Assembly: GCA_030141605.1 (NCBI GenBank)
Contig: JAQGDQ010000931.1
Span: 15,593-79,592 of the forward strand
Length of the DNA: 64,000 nt
Reading direction: 5' to 3'
Source: Tubiluchus corallicola
Lineage: Eukaryota; Animalia; Priapulida
The notes under the pieces are model-generated. The model searched no databases, had not been told where the DNA came from, and saw only the letters and a program-made list of their open reading frames with translations. Position numbers and translations under genes: made by a program. This document shows, piece by piece, positions 13,317 through 25,360 of the stretch; positions within the stretch are counted from its first letter, which is position 1, and the number at the start of each line of letters is the position of its first letter.

Positions 13317-14282
13317 ATTATGAAGATATACTGTCTTGTTTTATATTCATTTACATTACACAGACCAGAATGCACATCTTTACAACTCTGGTATATCCCT
13401 TCCAAGGGCATGCAAAATGCAATTACAATACTGTGCTGCCATCTATAGTCAAAATCAATTTACATTATGAAGATATACTGTCTTGTTTTATATTCATTTA
13501 CATTACGCAGACCAGAATGCACATCTTTACAACTCTGGTATATCCCTTCCAAGGGCATGCAAAATGCAATTACAATACTGTGCTGCCATCTATAGTCAAA
13601 ATCAATTTACATTATGAAGATATACTGTCTTGTTTTATATTCATTTACATTACGCAGACCAGAATGCACATCTTTACAACTCTGGTATATCCCTTCCAAG
13701 GGCATGCAAAATGCAATTACAGTACTGTGCTGCCATCTATAGTCAAAATCAATTTACATTATGAAGATATACTGTTGTTTTATATTCATTTACATTACAC
13801 AGACCAGAATGCACATCTTTACAACTCTGGTATATCCCTTCCAAGGGCATGCAAAATGCAATTACAATACTGTGCTGCCATCTATAGTCAAAATCAATTT
13901 ACATTATGAAGATATACTGTCTTGTTTTATATTCGTTTACATTACGCAGACCAGAATGCACATCTTTACAACTCTGGTATATCCCTTCCAAGGGCATGCA
14001 AAATGCAATTACAGTACTGTGCTGCCATCTATAGTCAAAATCAATTTACATTATGAAGATATACTGTTTTGTTTTATATTCATTTACATTACAGAGACCA
14101 GAATACACATCTTTACAACTCTGGCATATCCCTTCCAAGGGCATGCAAAATGCAATTACAGTACTGTGCTGCCATCTATAGTCAAAATCAATTTACATTA
14201 TGAAGATATACTGTCTTGGTTTATATTCATATAAATTACAGAGACCAGAATGCACATCTTTACAGCTCTGCCGTATCCCTTC
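13317..14282. repeat. 147-bp satellite, about 6.5 copies
   Basis: Core GTGCTGCCATCTATAG at 13433, 13580, 13727, 13872, 14019 and 14166. The ORF track shows the matching 49-aa period. Confidence 0.95.
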
Positions 14283-14454
14283 GAACTGATTTTTCGATCA
14301 ACTTTGTTCAGTAACTCTGATAGGAAGAAAGAAAACAGAAGTGTTTGGATTAATAATTAATGTAAATTGTTCTGTAAGATCAAAAAGTGTTAATAATTTG
14401 TTATCTATTGTCAGTTTATATAGTTCAGATAGCTATCAACATTTTTTCTGAAAT

Positions 14455-14645
14455 AACAACTACTACTGTAGCAGCAGTAGCAACAGTAGCAGCACTAGCA
14501 GCAACAACAACAACAACAGCAGCAGCAGTAGCAGAACAGTAACAGCAGCAGTAGCAACAGCAGCAGTAACAACAGCAGCAGGAACAAGAGCAGCAGCAAC
14601 AACAGCAGCAGTAACAGAAACAGCAACTGCAGTAACTACAACGAT
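14455..14645. repeat. Imperfect (CAG/CAA/TAG)n trinucleotide tract
   Basis: Seen directly in the sequence. Confidence 0.9.
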
Positions 14646-15389
14646 AAAACGTGTTAATTAGATCTCAGGGAAAATGTTCACCTATGTGGGCTGCTAGTGA
14701 AAAGAAAGGGAAAATGGGGCAAACAGCGCTACCTACAGGCGGATCAACTACTAAAATTTGACTAGAGCTATCTTTACTGCAAACGTTTTTGGTGTCTGCT
14801 GGGCAGAATGAATGCCCTGAAGGCTAGCTGTGATGAAGGTTAGCGTTGAGGAATTTCTACACTTCACTCAGAAGTTTAGTTATTTTAATGCTGTATTTGA
14901 CGTCAGCTGGTGTCTTCTGTGCAGCGTGAATGCCCTGAAGGCAAGCTGTGACGCGTTCAGAAATTTCTACAGTTCACTCACAAGTTTAGTCATTCTAATG
15001 TTGTGTTTAACTGTATTTATCTAGAAATTAGTCATTCGATCAATAATTATCATATTTAAAGTGGTCACATTGCTTTAATCTACAGGATTACACTTGAAAA
15101 TCTGTAAGTAATTAACATTAATTGTGTAAATAATTAATTTATAGAGTTTTGTTGACTTTTTGATACGCATGTAAACTTGCCAACACATAATACGTACCGG
15201 GCTGATTACTTAGTTTATAGAATTAGCTCTGCAAGTTAAAAAAAGATTCTGAAGCACCTGGTGGGTAAAATGTTTATTTTGCTGTAATTGCACGTGATGA
15301 CTGTGAAAAATGCTCTTTTTTCAGAAGTTTGTGGGAGAGACATCGGCCTGGTTTTTAATTTGTTGATTATAATTCAAATGATTAGATTA

Positions 15390-15640
15390 CATGTAAAAAC
15401 GTGTAACATCACGGTCAGGTTCTAAAAGACCCACCGCCAAAAATGCCTTTTCAATATCACTAACAATAGCATACCGATGCATCCCGAAACGTAATAAAAT
15501 CCCACATTGGTCAGGCATAAGTACAGCATAAACATTTGCTAAGAGAAGGACTAGCCTTATTAGCTTTAGCTGATGCGTTATACACAATTTTTATCCAAAG
15601 TTTCTGTCTCAAATTCAGTATCAGAAAGGTGACGTTCGTC
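15390..15640 (-). mobile_element. BEL/Pao retrotransposon pol (RT) remnant
   Basis: KIVYNASAKANKASPSLSKCL followed, after a frameshift, by GILLRFGMHRYAIVSDIEKAFLAVGLLEPDRDVTRF. These are diagnostic BEL/Pao RT motifs. Confidence 0.85.
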
Positions 15641-18600
15641 CGCTGATTCATATGTATTTTTAACGCTTTTTCCATCTTAGCCGTTTTACTACGAGTCTGT
15701 ATAGACATGTATGCTGTAAAGTAATAGGATTAGGACACAAGATGAACGGTCACGTTTAACAATCAATCAATTTTATCAAACCCTAAAAAGTACACATGCT
15801 ATACGCAATCAAATAAAAATGAATATTTCTAGTACTAGTTAGTTATGTGCTGTATAAACGCTGAGACCTTTTCCAGCCCTTGACCTTGGAGCCGGTAGGT
15901 CAAGATTGTCCCAGATTTAAACTGCACAGCAAAATGTCCTAGTTAAACTCGTAAACCTGTAGAAAAAATTTCTGTCAGCAAACAAAGCTGTAAAATAAAA
16001 TATGTTATCAGACTATATACTATGCTAGGCTGAAAATAAAAGGTAGAAATTACAATATTTAGTTTTGCTGTCACAAATTACGTGCCTTACGAGAAGCATA
16101 AAATCAATAATACCAAAGGCTACTATTAAAAATACAACAAACGTATGATTCAAGTTATAGCGTTATATCTTAACTATTATAGTAAGCCTTGTGCTTCTCT
16201 ACAGGTCCTATCAACATCAGCTTATTTGTATCAGTAGCGCTAAACTAAATACTTTGACTCGAGCGCATATAATTTATAAAACTGCTGACTATAAAAAATA
16301 TGAAACACCCTCCCGATGGCAAAGAACTTTATGGACAGCAACAAAATTTGCAAAATTTAAGCAGCCTAGCAAGTGCTTACACTTCGAACATTTACGGATT
16401 TAATTTGAGTAAAACCGGTGTGAGGCACCATGTGAAAAATGCTCATTTTTTCATAAGTTTGTGGGAGAGACATCGGCCTGGTTCTTAATTATACAAATAC
16501 GTGGAAGTGTATATAGTCTAGTATGTTTTTTATAGAGAAAGGTGCATAACGCTTAAGTCTACGAGTTGATAATTAGAATGGTTTGCTGTTACTGAAACAT
16601 ATAATTTAGACTAAATTTTGACTCTTAACAAAAACCTCATAAATATTGGATTAAAAGGAGTGGCCACCCAAATAAAATTTATTCACTCACAAGTTTTGTC
16701 GCAATTACATAGTTACTACTTATAACAGCAGTAAACCTAATTATAGATACACATCAGCACATAACCATAAAAAAACTATTGAAGAAAGGGAAAAAAATTA
16801 GCCTAACGAATTAGGCGGACCATTTGACGTCTGCTTGTAGGAAAAGCAAGCGTCAAATGCTCACCTGTACAATGGTGACGAAGGAATTTATAGCTTCGGA
16901 ATGAAGCCCGTATGAATAATTCAAGGTTAACCTAATTGAATGACTCTAGATAAATTTGCAAAGGTTTCAGAACCGGAATAAACTAGTTTGCAATGCTGTA
17001 AATGAAAGGTATAATAGCAGAATAGAACTCAATCACGGGAATGCGTGACACATGCATGAATAAAACTAGAACTAAACTTAAAAAAACTGCGACATTTATA
17101 GCATCTACCATTTACACTAATCGGTACAAAGTTCCTATTTGCTGTGATGACAGCTAGAACACGTGAGTGAGGGCTATAACTCGTTAGGATTTCGAATGTG
17201 GAAGAGGGAAACTCACCATCAATATCAAATGTTGTTAGAAGGGACTGTTTCTGTCTTTCTAGCTTTAGAGTTACTTTGTATTGATGTTTATTAACTATAA
17301 ATACAGTCAGAATAGACATTACAAATATAGCCTGGTGTCAAACCATCAGTCCCTAACCCTCTCTTCTCCTCAGCTCAGAAGTTCGGCTGATATTGTTGAC
17401 TCTATAGACGCGCCCCGGGACTCTGCACATCAAACAAGGTCACCCTTATTTGGATCTATAATCTAGGCCAGTTCTTGCCTACCAACTGAAATCGGTTTTC
17501 CCCGACTGACATGATAGATTTTTTATGAACTATAAATTATTTAAACATTGTTAAAATTTAGCTGACACATATTAGACTATACTTTGTTTTACATATAACA
17601 TGACAAGCACACAAACATGTTTTTGATTAACACTTAAAATAAACTAAAATTAGACTACACAAAAACTTTACGAAAGTATAACCTAGTGGCGCAATAACAA
17701 AACCTGCGCACCACATAAAACGAACAAATTTCTCACCAAATCCTACGACCCATTACACATATATTATGTATTGTAATGTATATTTGCTCCTGACCTTAGT
17801 AACTATGAATGCCACAAGATTCAAGCTCGTAGCAGGTTCTCATAATGTTGTGAATCAAGTTTAGAATAAGGAATTAATTAGAAAATTTATCGGAATAATT
17901 AAATGATAAGAGTTCGGAACTAGTATACTCCTCTTTGGTTGGATAACAAAGACTGTACAATTTGATTATAAGTGGCTCACATAGCTTGTACCTTGAATTT
18001 AATGAGTTAAAGTATCAGAGGTTGGTAAATGGGAAATGTTGAAAGATTAAACAAACGCCGAATAGTTAAATGAATTCCAATGTCATTAACACACATAAAA
18101 TGCGCTACACGCTGGCAAGAGAAATCAATTGGCAGATGGTCGGTTGGAATGGCTCATTGTTCACAGTCGGAGGATGTCATCTACTGATAATTAACCCAGT
18201 CTCCCAGGCGATATTTCAAGGTCCAAATCAATAGAATTGCTGTCTTCGGTAACACGAAGTGCCGGGAGAATCAAGGATGCCATCTGCAGGTGGTCAGCAT
18301 GTCTCTGCAGTGTGTCATTGTGTCATTGACGAAATGTCAAGCTAAGTGCCTTTCGCTTCTTAAGCGTCTGTACAAGCTCGATTGTGGGTTGTTGGAGCTT
18401 GCATTGCAGAAGAGTGCGGTGTTGCAGAGAGAACTGCGAGGCGATCTTCGAAGAAGACAGAATCTCTATCTCAGAGTAGGAAGAAATCTGCGTAGTTTGT
18501 GTTATAACAAACCTCTGATGCTGAGAGTCTCGTTCATTTCAATATTTTAATCTTCAGAAAACTTGTTTTCACATATCTGCCATTTCCTTCATATAAATAA

Positions 18601-19345
18601 AACAGTTTTTTACTTTTGCTGCAGATGATACGTAGAATAACCTCGACTCAGCAAGATTATAATTCTGCCACCAGAAGGAGGCACCTGTCTGACACTCATC
18701 AAGAGATGATGCTAGATGAAATGTACAAACAGAAAAGAAGGTTAGTGTCAAGTTGGTAATAAGTTCTTGTAGCAGCACAGAGCAGCTGATTTCTTCAAAA
18801 CTGGAATCTTTAGAACTTAGACGTTTGAAACCCTAAAATTATCTGAACTAATTTAAACGTGATTGTTGGTATCTCCACTAGGGCTACCCCTACAAATTCT
18901 CCCCTGCCAGGTTGAATTGTGCTCATTGTGTTTAATCGAACATTTAATTGATAGAGAACATATGTAGTTGAAGTGCTGAATTATTCGAATTTTACACTTG
19001 ATTTGAATTCCAAATGAAAACTCGCTCGAATCGAAGTCGAATGTTCGATGCTCACCCCTTGAATTCTACATTCAGGTGCTCCTACAGTTGAGGGCTGGAA
19101 AGCGGTTTTCTATGTGCAAAGTTGTGCAAAAGTTGTAAAAAAGAGAATATGAATAACTTAATGACGTTTTTCTAGTTTTTCAGACTGAGAGATTTAGAAT
19201 TGATGATGAACAAACAGCACGACTTGTTGAAGCTCGTCGTGCAAAAATTGAAATTCATTCTGAGTTGGATGAACAGGACACGGGGTGGCAGCTGACGAGT
19301 TTCAACCAAAAAACAGATTCTCATAAAGATTCAGGGCCACCCTCT

Positions 19346-19810
19346 GCCGCTAGACGGTGCCACCAGTGGGATAAACTGAGACATCTGGCGACCTTCACAA
19401 CGACAAAGTCATAGTTTGACCTCTGTCCATCAACGACTGTCATCAGAGAAAAACTCGGAACTCAAAGTCGTAATTCTTCAATTGATCACTAGATGTCGAT
19501 AATCAGCTCTGATGATGATGAAGATTTGTGATACACCACTGTGTGTTTACTACAAAATTAGCCACTAGATGGTGCCAGTCTTCAGTATTCAAGAAACTAT
19601 TATGTAACTGACTGCATCTCGACACACAGTCGGTTATTAGATGATGCCAATGATAAAATCAGCAATTCAATCAGCAAACTTGCGTTATTACAAAATCAGC
19701 TACTAGATGGTGCCAGCAGTCAGCATTGCCATCAGTTGCTCACAAGCATTTAATCAGATTTGAGATACTTTACAGCAAATTACTACAAAAACTGCTGCTA
19801 GGTGGCGCAG
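19346..19810 (+). promoter_or_regulatory. Cluster of co-oriented CTCF-like motifs in a degenerate repeat
   Basis: GCCGCTAGACGGTGCC at 19346, CACTAGATGTCG at 19487, GCCACTAGATGGTGCC at 19561, TATTAGATGATGCC at ~19635, GCTACTAGATGGTGCC at 19699 and GCTGCTAGGTGGCGC at 19794. Motif match only; binding is untested. Confidence 0.45.
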
Positions 19811-20922
19811 ACAGTGAGCAGTCAAGTAGGCGTCGTGGCATACAGCAACATTTTACTGGAAAGTTGGTCACCATGACAACCAAATGAGAAACTGAATAAG
19901 TTCAAATTTTGTTTTTCATGCTAAATGCTGTTTTTTCTTCTGGTTGCTTGTGTAAATATATTTTTATTTTTTTTCATTTTTTTGAAATTGGACACCTGTG
20001 AACTTATTTTCATGAATATTTTGTGTAATTTTGAAAGTCGCATTGAAGGTCATTGTGTTAAATTTTTACCCAAACAGAAGAAAATCAATTGTTAGATCTT
20101 CCTTGGTAAGTAAAGGCATATAATGAAGTTTCCATGAAAGTTTAATAAAGTAATATAATAAATATTAGGCATTTAAATGTCATTATTTGATTTTTCATTT
20201 AACTATAACCAACGTTTACAATTGTGACAATCTCTAAACGAATTTTCATGTAGCCATTTCATAAGAACTGCATTCTGTATTTTTATATTATATCTTGGAG
20301 GTTATTTGTTTTGATGTGCTATTAAATGCATTCTTTCATAATTATAAGTTTGTCAGTTAAATATTGCAGAAATTTCTTACGATTACAATTAATTTTTTTA
20401 AATTTTCTGAGTAGCCTTGCAATGCGACGTAGCCCACAAATCCACTTTGTTGTTATCTAGTCAAATTTTTATCCATCTTTAAAAGTAATAGTTATTTGTA
20501 AACTTAACTTCATAATTAAAAGTTTTATCAATACTGTATAAACATATAATATAAACAATATAAACAATACATATAACATTTACATATTATATGAACTTTC
20601 TTTCATCTTCAGTTATTTATGAACTGATTGCTAAAATTTGTCCTTTATTCAGTATTTAAAATAAAATAGATGATGTTGTATTATATTACCTAATATTTTT
20701 ATTTATATCTTTAGTTACGTATGAAATGTACTATATACAAGAATATACCTAGAGGATAAAAGACAAATTTACAATTGTATGTAATACTAAAGCATATGTA
20801 ACAAGCTACAAATTAGATTAGTACTATACAAGGAGCATGCATTACAGGATAAGATACATATTCACAATTATACTATAGTAAAAATATATAAGGTAAGATT
20901 AGGTAGACATCAAACATTCGAA

Positions 20923-21007
20923 TTCGCCATTCTACTGGTCTTTACAAAAAGAAATGATTGAGTTAAACTCAATCATTTCTTTTAGCAAACACCAGTAGAA
21001 TGGCGAA
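20923..21007. repeat. 85-bp near-perfect palindrome
   Basis: TTCGCCATTCTACTGGT...AAAAGAAATGATTGAGTT-A-AACTCAATCATTTCTTTT...ACCAGTAGAATGGCGAA. Confidence 0.9.
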
Positions 21008-21645
21008 CTAAGAGGTTACTAAGAGGTTATTTTTTGTCTCATTAGTACACATTAGCATAATACTTTAATACTTAATCTTGTACATATACACTTGAACAAC
21101 GATTATAAAAACGCCAAATATCAAAACTTCAGCTTTCAACAGTTAGTATGGGCGGTGGGGGTGATGGCGGGGACGGCGGGGTCTAGGTTTAGTTGGTTTG
21201 TCTATTAGTTTCTTGAGGTTGAAAGTGAAATCTGTCAAAGCTTTGAAGGCGTCAAGAATATTGCTAGAAGAGACTGGTAGACACATCTCCGGCTCATCTC
21301 TAGAGGATGCACAAGTGGACGGGAGATCGAAAGTGGCACCGGATATGATTAGGATGTTGTTTCTATCCCAAGCAATGATGTCTCCAGGGGGGTTAAAACA
21401 CGTCTCGCTTATAGTTTCTAAGCGAAAAAGAAGACAAACTATTATTGGATGAATTACAACATCAAATTCAAAATAATCATATTCTTATTCGTTATAATCG
21501 GTGTCATTTTCAGAATAAACAATTTCAAATTCAAATTTCAAATGTGCGTGCGTGTGTGTGTTTGTGTGTGTTTGTGTGTGTGTGTGCGAGCATGCGCATG
21601 TGCTTGTGCGTGTGTGTGTAACACACACAAATGTAACTATATTTA

Positions 21646-22940
21646 CAACACACAAATGTTTCATACATTTTAATCATAAATCATTATTGAGTTATAGCAA
21701 AAATAATTAGACTTTATAAAAAACAATACAATTTTATAATCAAATAATGAGAACAAAACGTTGCAAAAAGGCTGTAAAACTCTTGAAAAAACTAGAAACG
21801 AAGATCAAGTTTTGTTTGCTTGTATTGTTGTCAGAGTTGTTTGTTTACTATCTGAAAATTACGTAAACTATAATTGACGGTATTGTAAATAATTGTTTCT
21901 CAATTTATCACAGTTTAAAACACGAGCAGGTACAATGACCCCGCATATAATGATGTATCGCTTTTTGCTTTTCGTACTCGCTTTTTCTGGTTTTGTTTAA
22001 TAAAGAAAATCAAAAAAAAGTTTGTATAAAAACAAAATAACAAAAAAATAAAGAAAATTATTTAATTCAATATTAAGATGTTGTTTATTAGAGCAGACCA
22101 TCGTTGCGTTTTCAATGCTATAAAGAAATAAAAATATTAATAAAAAAGCCAGAACAAATAATAATAATCTTTACAATTTTCTTTACAAAGAACCTCTTTT
22201 TAATTCTGACAATTTTACTTTTCACTCTTGTGCTTGTGTAATGATATAATTTATTTTATGTCTTGAACAGTATTGACATAATTGTACTATTATTTGTTTT
22301 GAATGATTGATTGCCTGATCTATAGCATGCCTTCTTGTCAGGGAGAAAACTGGCTGGTATGAACGCGCCATAACAATGACGACAAAATGGCACAGGTAAA
22401 TTCAATTTAAAGTTTTATTACCTATCATATCAGTGGTTGCCTCTGTTGAAGATACGAAGAAGTCGGTCATTCGTCCGGCGTAATCAAGGATTAATAGAGA
22501 ATCGATAGTAATGTCACCTGTTAAAGCAGGCTCGCTACCTACAAACCAGTAGGACCCATTAGTACAATTCAATTCAGTTTATTTACCCAAATACCGTCGT
22601 AGTACACGGGCAATATACAAATAGTAACATAATAGTAACGTAATAAAATTCTATATTGTTAAAAAAAACTTGCAAATCATTGAACGGTAAACTACACATT
22701 GAAAAATTAATAATATAATCAGTGTTTCCACTACTGTGAGCAATAGTGCTGTACAATAAAATGAATCTACAATTAAAAATACAAGAGAGGCTGTAATTAA
22801 TTACATAAGTGCATAGATTTAAAACTTTTCATTTCATTTCTAACATTATCTGGAGATTTAACACATTTACAATATTTACAAAATAGTTTTTTGTACTATA
22901 CTAAACATATGAAATTGAAATTGGTATTTTATGTTTGTTT
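21646..22940. repeat. Left arm of a ~1.3-kb inverted duplication (partner 25358-26656)
   Basis: Near-identical reverse complement; differences are mostly homopolymer indels and a noisy inner edge. Confidence 0.95.
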
Positions 22941-22983
22941 TGTGTTGGTGAGTTTTTTGTATGCAGTGGGTTTTAGTTTGTTG

Positions 22984-23566
22984 ATATGATGTAAATGTAC
23001 GAGAGGTTTTCATCTGCCACTATGATGTAAATGTACGAGAGGTTTTCATCTGCCACTATGATGTAAATGTATGAGAGGTTTTCATCTGCCACTATGATGT
23101 AAATGTATGAGAGGTTTTCATCTGCCACTATGATGTAAATGTACGAGAGGTTCTCATCTACCACTATGCCACTATGATGTAAATGTACGAGAGGTTCTCA
23201 TCTACCACTATGCCACTATGATGTAAATGTACGAGAGGTTTTCATCTGCCACTATGATGTAAATGTACGAGAGAGGTTTTCATCTGCCACTATGATGTAA
23301 ATGTATGAGAGGTTTTCATCTGCCACTATGATGTAAATGTATGAGAGGTTTTCATCTGCCATTATGATGTAAATGTATGAGAGGTTTTCATCTGCCACTA
23401 TGATGTAAATGTATGAGACGTTTTCATCTGCCACTATGATGTAAATGTACGAGAGGTTTTCATCTGCCACTATGATGTAAATGTACGAGAGGTTTTCATC
23501 TGCCACTATGGTGTAAATGTACGAGAGGTTTTCATCTGCCACTATGATGTAAATGTACGAGAGGTT
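22984..23566. repeat. 36-bp minisatellite, about 16 copies
   Basis: Unit TATGATGTAAATGTACGAGAGGTTTTCATCTGCCAC. Confidence 0.95.
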
Positions 23567-25360
23567 AATATTATCGACGATTTCTTAAGTCAGTTTGAAT
23601 CAACTGCAGCTGCAAATAAGCTTCTTCAGGACGTATATGCGGCATCTTTAGGGCCTGCACTTACTGGGAAAGCTTCTATTGCTGAGCAACTACAATGCTG
23701 TGAAGAAAGCACTTTTGGCAGCATATGTATTAACCAGCGAGAGCTACTTGAAACGTTTTCGTGCTATGAAAAAGAGGGCCAATGAGACTTTTCAGCAAGT
23801 TGGCAGAAGACTTGTTCGTGCCTACAATGAGTACAGAAATGCAGAAGATGCTGACTCTGTAGATAAAGTTGTGGAATTGGTCTGTAAGGAACAAGTCTTA
23901 ACACTGATGTCACGTGACATGTGTGAATGGGTCCGGAGGCAGGATCTTCATTCCTTCGATGATGTCGTTGAAAAAGCAGACTTGTACCAAGCATCTGTGA
24001 TGTCGATACAGGGTGGCCTAAAAGTCATGCAACCTCACACATTTAAGAAAGGATTGAAGCAGCTAATGCACGATGGTAGTAGCTTAGCAAGAGGAAGAAG
24101 CACGTATAGTGGATCTAATGTGAAGTGCTATTCCTGTGGCGAGTTGGGACATAAAAGAAATCAATGCAGAAGAAGCATGGCAGGTGCTGAAGCCACCGGG
24201 AAAGGCAGAAGCACGATGGGTCGAAATTTTTTAGCTAAAGGTGATGCTAAGAAGATCCAGGAAGGTGGTTCAAGCAAAACCACAAAGAAGTCGCGCGACA
24301 TTATTGCATCTTCTGAAGATGAATATTGCTGCTGGGCATCTGTGAATGGCAAGAATGTGAAATGCATGCGCGACACTGGGGCATGCACTAGCCTTGTTCA
24401 CCCAGATTTGGTAAGGCCAGAGCAATATGTTGATGAGTCAACCAGGACGATTAAGTGTGTACATGGAGATTCCAAGGACGTACGCATGGCTATTGTGGAG
24501 GTTGAAAGTCCGATGGTCAGTGGATATTTGACAGTGGCTGTCTCTGGTGACCTTTCAGTTGACTTCTTACTTGGTAATGACTTTTGGACGGCAGTTACTC
24601 CATTCCCGGCAAAGAGGGGTAAGAACTTCCAGTGTGTACCGAAACCAGCTTCGACACCTACTGTGGCCAACATGGATTGTTCCTGCCAATTTAGAAAGCA
24701 TGCTATGAAGCAGGATGAAAACAGTAGTGGTGACAAGCTGCACACGGCATTAGTTGCTACACGCAGTAAAGCTGCAAAACCTTGAGGAAAGAGACAAGAC
24801 CCTCCAACAAGAGTTTTTGCAAGACAAACCAAAGCACCTCTACTGACTGAGCACGAGTCAAAGCAAAACCAAATGCACCTAACTGAGCTCAGTAAATCCC
24901 AGTTACACCAAGAACAAGTAGATGATGTAACTTTAAGGAACTTAAGTGACAATGCACGCACTGAAGAAATTGTGCGGAAAGAAGGCAAAGGCTACTATCT
25001 TCGTAAAGGAGTACTTTATTACATGGCACGTGAGCGTCCTAGCCTAGAACCACGAGAACTACTGGTTGTGCCTAAGACAAGGAGACTGGAGGTGCTCTCC
25101 CTGGCACATGATAATAAGATGGCTGGACATTTAGGCATTAGGAAAACTACTAAGCGAGTACTGCAGGAGTATACTTGGCCACGCATCAAACGCTCTGTGA
25201 TACAGTACTGCCGTTCATGTGCCACCTGCCAAAAGACTGCTCGTGTGCGACGCGCTGATAAAGCGAAACTCAAACCTTTGGCAATACCATCAACTGCATT
25301 TCGCACAATTGCAATTGACATAATAGGCCCACTAGGTACACAACGCACACCTTCAGGAAA
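23567..25360 (+). mobile_element. Gmr1-like Gypsy LTR retrotransposon fragment: gag (SCAN-like capsid, CCHC), aspartic protease, integrase N-terminus
   Basis: IDDFLSQFE...LTGKAS, YNAVKKALLAAYVLTSESYLKRFR, zinc knuckle CYSCGELGHKRNQC, protease RDTGA, integrase HHCC (HDNKMAGH...CATC) and IAIDIIGPL. It has one frameshift and an in-frame TGA at 24783, and is truncated at both ends. Confidence 0.88.

Noticed and set aside
13262-14234. 215-aa and 157-aa ORFs with 49-aa repeats
   Set aside because: They are by-products of the stop-free 147-bp satellite frame and are broken by a 2-bp deletion in one unit.
16800-19300. Moderately GC-richer stretch that may be a decayed transposon ORF
   Set aside because: The frames I read are interrupted by stops and I could not recognise a motif.
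22984-23566. 36-bp repeat array next to an integrase-bearing ORF, superficially CRISPR-like
   Set aside because: The units are head-to-tail with no unique spacers, there are no cas genes, and the context is eukaryotic. It is a minisatellite.
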